NCBI GenBank assembly: GCA_973895155.1
Contig: OZ316891.1
Location: 5,861,708-5,925,707, forward strand
Direction of reading: 5' to 3'
Source of the DNA: Marsupella aquatica
Lineage: Eukaryota; Plantae; Marchantiophyta
DNA length: 64,000 nt
Both the position numbers and the translations under genes were made by a program. The notes beneath the pieces were generated by a model that was not told the origin of the DNA, did no database searches, and was given only the letters and a program-made list of their open reading frames with translations. This document shows positions 1 to 11,527 of the stretch, piece after piece (positions within the stretch are counted from its first letter, which is position 1; each line of letters starts with the position of its first letter).

Positions 1-1790
1 TGGAAGGTGAGGGGTCGGAAAATTGTTGCTCCTCCTTGGGATTTAGTTTTGGCAGTTTATTTAGTTTTGTGGTCCATTTGCTAAACCTTCTTGAGTAAAC
101 ATTTTGCTGCATGCTAGATTTTCAGGGAGAGTGCAATGGAACAAGAGAGAAAGATGTTGGCTATCATGGTCCTTTTATGCCAAAAATAAAATAAAATTGT
201 GAAAGATGTTTATTACCATTTACAGTTAGAGCATGGTCACTATGGTGCATCACCTTTTTAGAATTCAACTTGCAATGAGCCCCCACTTGTGCTGGTGTCA
301 AGGCCTATGTTTATTGTATTTACATACTTTGCACACTGCAGCCGTCTTTAGCCTCTCAAGACCCTTTCAAAAAATATGTAGAACTACTATATAATTATGT
401 CTACAATGAAGCCCATTTTTTCAAGACTGAGGTAAAATGTACATGCTAATGCTTGTGACATGGGCCTTGACAAACAATGCCTCCACCAGGATCAGCCTGC
501 CAACCTGGGTTACCCGTAGTTACCATTACAAGTAATTTTTCCCTGAAATTGTGGAGTGCACCGGCATGGTAGAGGAGAAGAGCAAGTGGAATGTGAAACA
601 AGGGGGAGGTCTTGGACAGTCCCCCCCTTATATATGCCAGTTGTGGTTTAAATAGATTAGAGACATCACCAAGGATACAATTATATAGCTCATGTCAAAC
701 AAAAACAGGCATGATTGTAAAAATAAGAGTTTATCGCCAAGAAGAGGGAGGGCAACAGGGCTTGAATGTCAAAAGAGGCCCTAAGTGAGGTATGGATTGG
801 CCAAGAACATAAAATGGTTTTATAGCTAGCAAAGAATCTTAGAGTCTATTTCTACACATTCTCTGTGAGAATGAAACATCCAGAATGTAAGAGCCATAAT
901 CAAGATCTTCCTTATGGGTGTGCTTTGACTGGCCCTAATGCATGCAATCCCTCCAGATCACCAGTGAGCCACAAAAACAGAAATCCTCCTTCATTCTCAT
1001 GATCTCATCAGTATCCCAATCAGCCATTTTTTTGTGGGCAAATATTCGCCAAAATATTACCTAGAGAAGGGGCTGGCAAATGATACTCAGGCTAAATTCT
1101 GCAAAAAATTCCAGCCATTTGCCACATCAGGATCAAGGGCTGGCATCATTTGCCAGCAAGTCTTAGGCAAGATAAGTGCTGTTCGCCTACTGCTCATTAC
1201 AATGCAGTGTACGTAGTTGCCGGTCACTGACAATGAGCTAGCAGAGTTTTCCCAAGAATGAGCTAGCAGAGCTTAGAAGTTTTCCCAATAAATGAATTTC
1301 TCAGTTTCTATTAGAGAGAGAAGCTGTTCAACTTACCATTTGCCACCTGAGTGCATTGCTAAACTTTGGGATCCCGTCTTTTTTTTGTCCTTCGTCCCAA
1401 TGTAAAAAAGCTCCTGGGTGGGAAAGATCTACAGTCGTTGGATTCAATTAGCTGTTTTCCTTGACCATTGATGGAGGAAATGTGCACCCTAGCACATATG
1501 TGCTGCCCCATAAATACCCTGGCCCGACTCCCTATGGGCCGGCCCTCCTTGCACCGTAACCCACGGGCATAGGGCTCATCCCACGGGCATAGGGCTCATA
1601 AATATAGAGTAGCCAACTTTCTTTATTCCATAGGCCAGTTGGGAGCAACCTTGGCTACTTTTTCAAATACAGAAAAAAAGAGTCTGATCCCAATTCTTCA
1701 AAATGACCATCCGTCCTTTCCTTGCAGTGCCTCAATCTGTTGGCCCCTCCATCAAAGTGGTGACAAAGGTATCGAGAGCGAGAGAGAAAA

Positions 1791-2005
1791 AGACAGAAGA
1801 GCCTCCTTCAAAGTATCGAGAGCCAGAGAAAGAAGAAGACAGAAGAGCCCTCCTTCAAAGTTTGGAGAGACAGAGAGAAAGAAGAAGACAGAAGAGCCCT
1901 CCTTCAAAGTTTGGAGACACAGAGAAAGAAGGAGACAGAAGAGCCCTCCTTCAAAGTTTCGAGAGACAGAGAAAGAAGAAGACAGAAGAGGCGTCCTCCA
2001 AAGGA
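1791..2005. repeat. ~47-bp purine-rich tandem repeat (about 4.5 copies) upstream of the DnaJ gene
   Basis: Unit AGACAGAAGAGCCCTCCTTCAAAGTTT(G/C)GAGAGACAGAGAAAGAAG starts at 1791, 1837, 1886, 1933 and 1980. It explains the spurious overlapping ORFs at 1639-2208. Confidence 0.9.
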
Positions 2006-2299
2006 GTTCGCAAGAAAGAACTCGAGAGATGGAGAAAGAAGAAGACAGAAGAGGGTACGAATGCAATAGACAGCAAGTCAAGACACTCTCGTTTCGGATC
2101 ATGGGGGCTGGTGATGACTGTATTAGATGCTGCTGCTGCTGTTGCTGTTTCCAGCGATTACCCCAATTGGGTCGAATGAGATTCAGCACTAGTTGGGAAT
2201 TGTGGTGAGAAGTGGTGCAGGAGAGAGGACCCCTTTCTTGACTCTCTGTGTGTCGTTCAGCTGGGATTGTTGACGGGGAGAAAGAGGAAGAAAGTTAGG

Positions 2300-4826
2300 A
2301 TGGACCGAGAGGAGATGGACGATAGGCGACGGCGACCGAAGCCCGGAGACCCTCCTGACCCGAGGAAGGACCGGTTTACGACGGGCTGGAGCACGACGTT
2401 GGTGGCTTTGTTCATCGGCGCTGCAATAGTATGCACGTCCTGAAACCCTTGTCTTCTCTGTCTGCCTTTTGTGGGCTGTCGTATCTTTGTCAACGCGAGT
2501 GTCTGTTTCTCTCGTTCAGTTGGCGTGCTACGGTGCTGAAGCTGTCGTCAATTGTTATTTCTACGGAGCAGACCTTTACACACGATGGGCTTGTTTTCGT
2601 TCAGATTGGCTCAGTTATTTGCAGGATTAGTTGTAGTTTTTTTTTTTCTCTCAAATTGTAGTTTGGCTTTTGCAGCTCCATTGTTACTGAATTAGGGTCT
2701 TTAGTGGCTGGCGAGAAATTAAGTTCTGGCCAATAGCAGTCAATCGGCAAATATTGCATTCTATAATGAGGTTGGAAAGTTTTCTTTTTCTTTTTGACTG
2801 CCGAATTCCTGTGAAATCATTCCGGTCGCAAAATTGGGGAGCTTCTCTGAAAAAAGTGATGGGGTCTTTGTCCAAGTGCCTTTGCAGATTTCGCACCTGG
2901 CTTCACAGCCTGGTTTTGCAATGTTTTTGGTGGCATAGTAGGCGTCGTTGGCATGAGAAATGCTAGGTAGTCGTCGAATGACCGGCTTCAAGCGAAAGCA
3001 CTGATATTGTCGGCACAATTCCGTTCCAAGTTCCACGAAAATCTAATTCCACTGGATTCAAGAAACGTGGATTGAAGCTCAAGACACGGTTCTTATCGTG
3101 AAAATTCCATATAAGATTTCTACAAATAGTCACTCTTACGCATTCAGAGAATCGCCTGCAATATTCTCATATCAGATATAACTTTTTCATGTCACCTAAA
3201 GTTCAACTAGCGAAATGAAACATGGAAGGAGACAATCCGGTTACGCTGGAAAATTAGAGTCAGTCTCCGACTTTCTAGAGTAGTGGGTTTACATTCAATA
3301 TGTTGATCTCCTGCTTTGGATACCAGGCAGTTGTTAGATTGACGGGCTGTCTCTTGCCGAGTGCCGAATTTTGGGTTTAGAGGCGAAAGAACGATTGGAA
3401 AGTCTCTAGGAAAGAAATAGCTTGCTAGATTGCTTGAATGTGGGAGCTAACTTAAATCTGTTGTGCTTACAATGTTCCAGGTTGGGAACATTATGTCTCT
3501 CCGCAGGCGTTTAGCAAACTTTCATAAATATAGCGAGGTACTTCGTTTATCCGTTCTTTGTAATGTTTCTGAGTCTTTGGGGCTCTGATATGACAGGCAA
3601 TCACCGAATTAGAGTTTAAATTATGCTTTACTGCAGAGATGGGTCTTGTTTCGCCCAATTTAAGGTAGTGGTCCTTAAAGTTTTCGTGTTGGACAGCGAT
3701 TAGAGACTAGCAAATATCACTCTCACAGTGAGCCTGGATAAGGGGATCCGTTTTGGTGGCTGTCTTAGGTCAGTGACTGTGAAGGAGAAATGGACTTCAT
3801 TCTATCAAGTTGGATAGATGACAAGCTGATTACATTAGGTTATTTCATCAATGAACTACTTGACTGTCAATTTTGAACGGCAGTTAATAAATCTTTTGGT
3901 GGAATCTGAATGGTGGAAGGGCAACAGTGCAAGGTCTGGTGCAACTTCACGGCAGGATACCAGTTCTCAGCAGCAAGGGAGGTCGCAGCAGCAGGGGCGG
4001 CATAGTTTTCACCAAGTGGATGGAGCTGAAGCTAGGCGAATATGGGCGGAGCATGTCAGGCAAATGGTACGAAATAGCAATATTGCCTGTTTCCGATATA
4101 TAAGTGATTTTTACATTGGTACCAACTTAAGTGCGATGTTGGGTTCTTGAACTTAATAAGTCGATGGTAAGGTGTTTGTGAGCAAAAGTTCTGAGGATCC
4201 CCTGAAGGTCGGCTGAAGTGGATCTTTCCTAAAGGTTCATAAGAAGTCTCAGCAAAAAGTGGAAAGTCACATACTGTGGGAATTCAAAGAGACGATCTTC
4301 GAACGCGTGTTAAGGAATATTGTCAGTTTGCAACTGAGTAAAAGCTTCTGGCAGAACTGAGTGGGGTGCCTTGTGAATTATGTTATAGGAACTCCTCAGG
4401 CGCAGGCAAGAGGCCTTTGACCGAGAGAGAATGCGCTACAAAAGAAACTATGACTCCTGGCAGGAGCGTCATGGGGACAAGTGGGATTGGAGGTGGCAAG
4501 GAACTAGGTGGGAATGGCAAGGAGAAAGCGAGCGAGTTTGGCAAGAGGAATCAGCCGATAATTGGCGGCGTGAAACTCAACGAGAAAGGCAAAGGAGCAG
4601 AGCGGATGCTGAACCTTCAAGGGGGACGAGTAACCCACAACATTATGCTGTACTAGGTCTCGACCCCTCAAGATCTTATACTGAGTCTGAAATTAAGGCT
4701 GCTTTCAGGGCAAAGGCTCTCGAGTTCCACCCTGATAGAAACACGACAAACAAGGCCGAGGCAGAGAAAAAGTTCCACAAAGTCATGGAAGCTTACAATG
4801 CTTTGAAAGGGTCAAAGTCAAAATAA
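2300..4826 (+). CDS. DnaJ/Hsp40 type III protein with an N-terminal hydrophobic segment and C-terminal J-domain; 4 exons: 2300-2428, 3481-3537, 3884-4066, 4389-4826 (~268 aa)
   Basis: All introns are GT..AG and phase 0. The joined frame reads MDREEMDD...WSTTLVALFIGAAI/VGNIMSLRRR.../...EHVRQM/ELLRRRQEAFDRERMRY...HYAVLGLDPSRSYTESEIKAAFRAKALEFHPDRN...AEKKFHKVMEAYNALK, a J-domain with the HPD motif. Confidence 0.85.
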
Positions 4827-6138
4827 AATCTTCTGAATCAGTGTTCGGAGCTCTCATGTGCAATTACCTCAGAGTTAGGCAATTCTTTGTGGCATTGGTT
4901 TCCCTTGTCGCCAAATAGGAGCGACCTTCTGACATTGCTATGCAGTTGCTTCAACTGCGTTACCTCTACAGGAACAAGCAAGGCGTTTTCACAAATTCTC
5001 ACCTGTCTGATGAAGAAGGGATGGTCCCTGCTCTTCCCATCTATCTTCTGTTATGCTCAAGTCCTACTCCGTCAGGATATTGGGAAAAATGGTAAACGAG
5101 AAGGGTTACATTTCCAATCAATGTATGAGTTTATTCATGATTATCCAGTGATTATTTCTGGGTTAGAAATTTATGAAACTAGACACCAGCGAATGTAAAA
5201 ATGGCTTCAAGACTAACTCACGAGCAAGACATCTGGGCAGCCTCGGCCCCTACATTTTCGTTTAGCAAGGTTACAATCAACGGCAACGTAAGGACACGTA
5301 GTCTAGGCATCAGTTGCCAAGTGCATGTCAGCAGCCAAATGTATGGTGCAATTGGCAAACACTACTGTACGGGCACGTAGTGTAGATACAGATCGATCAT
5401 TATTATTAGGTGGTTTGTAATGCCATCATGATTGCACTTCTTCGATCGATTTCCCCTTCTCACAAGTATGTACTTTTTATGTGTGAGAAATGAAGTACGT
5501 TATGCAAATCATTGAGCTGTCCAGTGTTCGTCGTGTGCAAGGGTTACAATACCTCGATCTCTCGCTCGTATCCTATCATATCCCCAACAGAGGGGAGAGG
5601 GCAACCGCAAGTCGGCCCATTCATCTCACGTACTCGCCAGCTCCCACTTTATATTCTTATTGATAGTTTTCTCTGTATCTCCTCTCGTCTTGTGTGACTG
5701 AACTCTGTTGGACCCAAATTAGTTGAAAAGCGAGGTCGAGGCGACAGGTCTGAAGGCCATTTCGAGCTCGACACTACAGATCTGGCAGTTGAGGGTGCGA
5801 TCGAACAGGTGCTTAATTTAGTTTTGGGTTGTGGTGTCGATCTCTGAGACGACGAGGACTGCAATACCCAGAGACATTAATTGGCGCGGATACATGGAGT
5901 CTAAAGTACGGTAGGAGGAGCAGCTATATATGTTCGGGTGATTTTTCTTTACAGACTTTTGTTGAGCTACGAACTTTAAACTTCTTTATAAAGAAACAAT
6001 CTTCATCATCGCTTCTACGCTCAGTTAACGGCCTCTGGATTTCTCGATGTCAAAATTTTAGATTTCGTTTGTACAAAAATCATCTTCGTCATCGTCTTCA
6101 TATCGGTAGAGTTCTTCGACTTCATAATCATCAAAGTT

Positions 6139-6348
6139 GTGTTTTGCCTTGCCTCTACTTTCTTCTCCTTATCACCAATTTACAATACTGGTCTGGGCTT
6201 TTTCATTATCTCCTTCCTCCTGGCTCTCATCCTCATCGTCGCGTGTTTTACCTTGCCTCTACTTTCTTCTCCTTATCACCAATTTACAATTCTGGTCTGG
6301 GCTTTTTCATTATCTCCTTCCTCCTGGCTCTCATTCTCATCGTCGTCC
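6139..6348. repeat. 104-bp direct tandem duplication (2 copies)
   Basis: GTTTT(G/A)CCTTGCCTCTACTTTCTTCTCCTTATCACC...CTCATCGTCG at ~6141 and ~6245. Confidence 0.9.
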
Positions 6349-9300
6349 CCGTTTGGTTTCCATAGAAACAGAGATCTGCGCCACAAAAGACCAAAATTTC
6401 AGAAAGGTTCGTTTCGACGAGGCCAGGCCAGGTTAGTTTCGAAGAGGGTTGCTAATTTAAAAGCTGAACTCATGAAAGCTTCCATAATCCTGCACCGTGT
6501 CAAGACAATAATAAACAAAGCCACGAAAATATCAACATAGCCATTACCGGCCTTGCGCTAAAGGAGACCATAGCATCTTGTGACAGACGGAGTTTGTGCA
6601 CTGATGCAATAGTTAATACGTTTCCACGACCTCATCCACCAGCTTCCAATTGCTGATGTCAAGAAATGCCATTTCAATCATCTCCAATGTCGGCTCCTGC
6701 CTATCAAACTATAGTTTAACCAAGCCAATGCAAAGAGCCCGTGCAAGAGCTCCTCCAAGGAAAAGACCAAAGTCAACAGCCCGAGAGTGTAGGCATCGAT
6801 GAGAACTATTGACAATCAGCATCTATTGAAATCGTGACTAGACAATCTCCCGGCTTGGCTTCTTCAAATCCCTGAAAAGATAGTCCCAGACAAGTCAATG
6901 GTTTCCTGAAAATAGCTGTCATTATCTTCCTACCAGAAATCGGAGAAAAGCACGCTCAATCCACGACTCTCGGATGTGAAGCTCGACCAACTGTGTTCAT
7001 CAAGCACTGGAAATCCCAAATTCGAGCCTGTGGTGAATTGGCCAGGATCACTAGGCGTCAGTTACCTGAAAAGGTAGCTTGCATGAAGAGCCGGGCATTC
7101 TTTTACTTATAGATTCCGTCTTTGCATTCAATTGCTACTGGAAGGTGACCCAATGCATAATCAGCATACGTTTCCCAGTGTGAATACGTACACGGCAAAA
7201 GACGCTAAATTTTCAATGTTCCCAATCAAGAGCGAGGAATCCTTCGCACAAAGATCAGTTTGAAATTCATTTTTCGTTACTATTCAGACAAACTCTCAGA
7301 TTATTTTCGACACACAACAGCACGACCTCCTCTTGCAAGGCAGCAAACCCAGAGATAGACAATAGGAAAACATGGAAGGTGTCCAGATAGTCGAGAGATT
7401 TTATTATGTGGTCATTACAAGTTAAGCATATATCTGAATCTACAGGATTGCAGTTCACAGCCACGATCTTTGCGCCCAGCATCGCCCTTGTTTTTCCGCT
7501 GCTTGACCAGTACGTCCGCGAATCTACCATGATGATCAAACCGGGGATCAAACAGCACTCAGCAATGTGGCTCCTGCAAGTTATCAGGGCTACTATCTTG
7601 TATCTAAATAATTTGCCATTTGAGTTTGAATCAATGGACCTGTGGCCGGTCTTTTGTAGAGGAAGCTCCAATGAACACTTGCATGTTAGCTGGACAGTTA
7701 ATCCTCGATAACTCCTTTCGCTAAGAGGTCTTCCACCCAAGAACATCTTCCCTCCTACGTGAACAAAGAGCACCTACGTGAACAACAGCACCAACTGGTA
7801 CATGAGCCCAACGTTCTCTACTGCCAACACAACATTTCCACTGGGAATTCACATCCATTGCATTCATCATCTTCCAACTTTCATGATGGACCTGAAATGC
7901 AACTTTCAATTCAAGAGGAGCAAAGTTTAGAAAAGAATGACAGGCAAATTAGGGTGTCTGAGGTCAGAAAATGAGACGGTAGTTAAATTGCCTGACCAGA
8001 TAAAGTCCTGCATCATCACGTTTAACTAAGTCTAAAGTCCTGCATCATCACGTTTAACTAAGTCCTGCAGGGCAAGAGTATACATTGCATTGTCAGAATG
8101 ATCGAGCAGCCATTGAATTCATTTAAATACCAGCCATCAGCATTCACCGTTTGGATGACATCCGGTCTCGAAATTATTAGTCAGTCCAGTTCGCTGTAGC
8201 ATTTGAAGCTGGCTGACTATAAATCAAACCGCGACGTTGTAGACACGGTGAAATCTGCGAAGTCACCAGTTAGGCCACGAAAGATATATATACATGAACA
8301 GTCGCAGCATACATATCATTGAACGTCACTATTAAACAGAGTTTCATATTAATGATTACGAGATTATCTTGCCACGGGGGAAGAACTCGATATGCTTTAA
8401 TTAAGCGCGTCTCTACTGTGTCAGAGGATGGGTGCGGCATCCAGATTAATGACTAGTGACATCTTCCTCTGTACGCATCGATCAGTAACAACGAGTTCAT
8501 TTCGGTTGCAATCGTAAGCATAGAGTAAATCGTTGCAGAGTAGATAGTGGGTGCGATAACATGATTGCTATGAAGCGCTAAGAAACTGAAGGATAACTTA
8601 TTGCAAGAGCAATATATCATGTTCTCGGTTTGAGACATACACCAGACTATTGACCGAAGCCGAAGCGACATGATTCAGGTACCGTAATGAAGATGTAAGA
8701 TTAAACCAAACCTAAACCAAACCCTAAACCCAAAGCTAGCAGGTCATGCATTCAGGAACTAGGGTCACTCCATAATCAGCTGAAATCCGGTCTTGATGTC
8801 ATTATGGTGTACTGTGGCCCGAAAGTAGTAGGCAGAGGTCTTTAGAACTGTAGAAGAACAAGGCCCACACCAACACAAAAGGCCGACCAAGATCCAACCC
8901 AATCGGCACGAATTGCAAAAGCTACCAGAAATCATTCGAGTAACCCCAGTACTGACAGAATGAAAGTGGATCTCAGGCAGGTGGGATCTTTCAACAATGC
9001 CTGGTTGACAAGCTATCTATATTTGATACTGGAAACTGACTAGAGACAATGATGAGAGCCGCACCCTGAAGAATATACCACGAAGAGAGTAGTGACCCCA
9101 AGGGTCAACTGAAGGCAAAGTTCAGGGACCATGTAAGTTCTCATTGGGACGCGAAATTACTTCTACAAATGATTTTAGAAAATTGTGACATTTGAGTATG
9201 AGGTTTGTGGAAACGCACGGGACAATGTTTGTGTTGAAACTTTGTCTACATTAGGTCTGATCGAGCTAGCAGGCAAGTACTGTCTCAGGTCGACAAAAGC

Positions 9301-9721
9301 GAGCATAAAAAGCCCGGGTATGTTTGGATCTGAATACCCCAATGCAAACAACTGGAGAGTGACAGCCACCTGATCGGGCAACCGATTCTGGTGCATACAT
9401 GTGCAAGTCTTCATCGTGACATAAAAGCCCCAAAAGCGCCACTTACGATTTAGGAAAACATACATCTCAAAAGGAGGAATTCGCCCCTAGCTAAATAATA
9501 TCATAAGCAAAGCCATTAGCAGCTTAACCTCAACATTTATCTTACAAGTGTCATCATCTGCCGCAGCAATTACTCAAAAAAGAAGATTTCATTCATCATC
9601 TGTCCTTCATCCGCTGCCACTGAATTACATGCAGCTTCCATTTTATCCAAAAAACTTGTAGTAAAAGCGAAGCTATGTACAGCCTGATTCTGTTGGTTCC
9701 GAGTAAATACACTTAATGTGC

Positions 9722-9976
9722 AGCTAGTCTTCATCGGCTCAATGATCGAAGAGAATCTCCAGACTGCTCTTGTTGGACTGCCGCAACACCAGTAACTTCA
9801 GTTCCATTGACGAGAGTCTCCAGACTGCTCTTGTTGGACTGCTGCAACACCAGTAACATCAGGTGCGGAAACCAACACCAGTAACATCAATTCAATGATG
9901 AGAGTCTCCAGACTGCTCTTGTTGGACTGCCGCAACACCAGTAACATCAGGTGCAACACCAGTAACATCAGGTGCG
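9722..9976 (-). repeat. Tandem triplication of the 3' end of permease copy 1
   Basis: TCTCCAGACTGCTCTTGTTGGACTGC occurs three times (~9756, ~9816, ~9905), with multiple ACACCAGTAACATCA units. Copy 2 has this block once. Confidence 0.85.
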
Positions 9977-11292
9977 GAAACCTCCTTGACGCGCAATATG
10001 TGCCTTCCATGGTTGAACCAATGAAAGGTCACATAACAGAGTACGTAGATGAAGCCGACCAAGGGGACCAGGTAAGAAACTTTGGTGGTAATTAGATCTG
10101 CAATGGCACCTTGAATTGGAGGGAAGACTGCGCCACCAGAGACGCCCATGACCAAGATACCAGCTGCGCTGCGGGTGTGCTTACCAAGGTTTGCTGTACC
10201 GAGAGCAAAGATGGTGGGATACATGGGTGCTTCAAAAAAGAATAGAGCAATCAAAATACCCACAGCAGCTTTGCCAGAGCCTATGCAAACGTAAGCGTTG
10301 AATGCAATGGCTGCCGAAGCATAGACCATGAGCAAAAAATCTGCCTGGAAGATAGTTGCCAGTGCTGTGGCTATAAATCGGCCCACAGTGAAGGTCATGA
10401 GAGCATACGACAACAAGTTGGAGGCGCTAGATGACGTGAAGCTTGCATTCTCCGTAGCGTAGTTGATAAAGAACGAGGCAGCAGTGACTTGAGCTCCCAC
10501 ATAACAAAACTGAGCAATGAAGCCAAAGATCATGTTGTACTGCTTCCAGATGGGGCCTTGGCTGATCTCCTCGCCAAACTCATTTGTAGCAAAGCTCTCA
10601 ACAGTAGAAGACTCCAACATTTCATTTGAGACTTCGGGGAGCTTGGTTACCAAGAAGAGAACTGCAATGGCAACACCAGCACAGGCCACAGCGAGATAGA
10701 CAAACTGAACGTTGACCAAGTTGTTTGCATTTGCTCCGCTGAAGAAGAACTTCGAGGCAATCAAGGGGCCGATGAAAGAAGCCAAGCCGTTCCATGATTG
10801 ACAAAATTGTAGCCTAGCCGAGGCAGATGCAGGATTACCAATTACCACTGCATATGAATTGGCAGCTGTCTCGAGAGTTGCAAGGCCACAAGCGATGACA
10901 AGAGTGCACACACAAAAGCCAGCAAAGGACATCAATCTATGGCTGTATGTGCTGAAGTGTGCCGTGGGCCAAAAGAAGATGGCGCCAAGAGAGTAAAGGC
11001 ACAGACCCATGAGAATAGTGACTTTGTAACCCTTACGCTTCATGACCGCAGCTGCAATTGGTGAGAAGATTAGGTATCCTCCACCAAAGTAGACCACTTG
11101 AAGACCTGTGGATTGAAGTTTGGTGATATTCAGAACTACCTGGAAGTGCTTGTTGAGTACATCGAGAAGTCCATACGAGAAACCCCAAAGAAAGAAGAGA
11201 GAGATGACAAGGAAGAGAGGGAAGATGAGAGCTCTACCCTTGAGAAACCCTGCCGCTAACGGCTTTGTAGAGATAGGCAAACCACCAGCCAT
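9892..11292 (-). CDS. FucP-type L-fucose:H+ symporter-like MFS permease (FHS family), intronless, 466 aa, fungal-like; intact copy 1
   Basis: ATG at 11292 (MAGGLP...). About 12 hydrophobic segments. Motifs LFFLWGFSYGLLDVLNKHFQ and ATLETAANSY correspond to E. coli FucP LFFLWAVANNLNDILLPQFQ and GCLETAANPF, with the Asp46 and Glu135 equivalents retained. FCYVGAQV and GGAVFPPIQG are also present. Confidence 0.9.
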   Translation of the reverse strand: MAGGLPISTKPLAAGFLKGRALIFPLFLVISLFFLWGFSYGLLDVLNKHFQVVLNITKLQSTGLQVVYFGGGYLIFSPIAAAVMKRKGYKVTILMGLCLYSLGAIFFWPTAHFSTYSHRLMSFAGFCVCTLVIACGLATLETAANSYAVVIGNPASASARLQFCQSWNGLASFIGPLIASKFFFSGANANNLVNVQFVYLAVACAGVAIAVLFLVTKLPEVSNEMLESSTVESFATNEFGEEISQGPIWKQYNMIFGFIAQFCYVGAQVTAASFFINYATENASFTSSSASNLLSYALMTFTVGRFIATALATIFQADFLLMVYASAAIAFNAYVCIGSGKAAVGILIALFFFEAPMYPTIFALGTANLGKHTRSAAGILVMGVSGGAVFPPIQGAIADLITTKVSYLVPLVGFIYVLCYVTFHWFNHGRHILRVKEVSAPDVTGVAPDVTGVAAVQQEQSGDSHH

Positions 11293-11520
11293 GATGTCTA
11301 CTTCGACCGCCTTCAACGAATAAGCTACTGGAACAAAGAGTACACGCAGAAAGCCTCACTATCAGCTCCCAAACAAAGGAAAACGCTAAAGGAAATGCCT
11401 GCAGGAAGGAGACACCCTCAGCTAAAGGCGCAAGAAAGATCTAGACACGGAGCAGGATAGCTTGCTAAGACTAGTGAGAAACAAGATGGAAAGAATGAGT
11501 TTGGTCGCTTCTCAAAGTCC

Positions 11521-11527
11521 TTATATA
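11521..11527 (-). promoter_or_regulatory. Putative TATA box of permease copy 1
   Basis: TATATAA on the minus strand ~230 bp upstream of the ATG, conserved in copy 2 at 17822-17828. Confidence 0.55.

Noticed and set aside
1791-2005. CRISPR-like periodicity
   Set aside because: There are no unique spacers and no cas genes, and the context is eukaryotic. It is a plain minisatellite.
1639-2208. Three overlapping ORFs of 145-189 aa
   Set aside because: They are products of the stop-poor 47-bp tandem repeat and a (TGC)n run; all frames give repeat peptides.
5829-6540. Overlapping hydrophobic ORFs
   Set aside because: They arise from a pyrimidine-rich 104-bp duplication whose period is not a multiple of 3, with non-ATG starts and no recognisable domain.
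8700-8732. Telomere-like CCCTAAA motifs (also 22420-22470)
   Set aside because: Only 2-3 degenerate units; too short to call an interstitial telomere.
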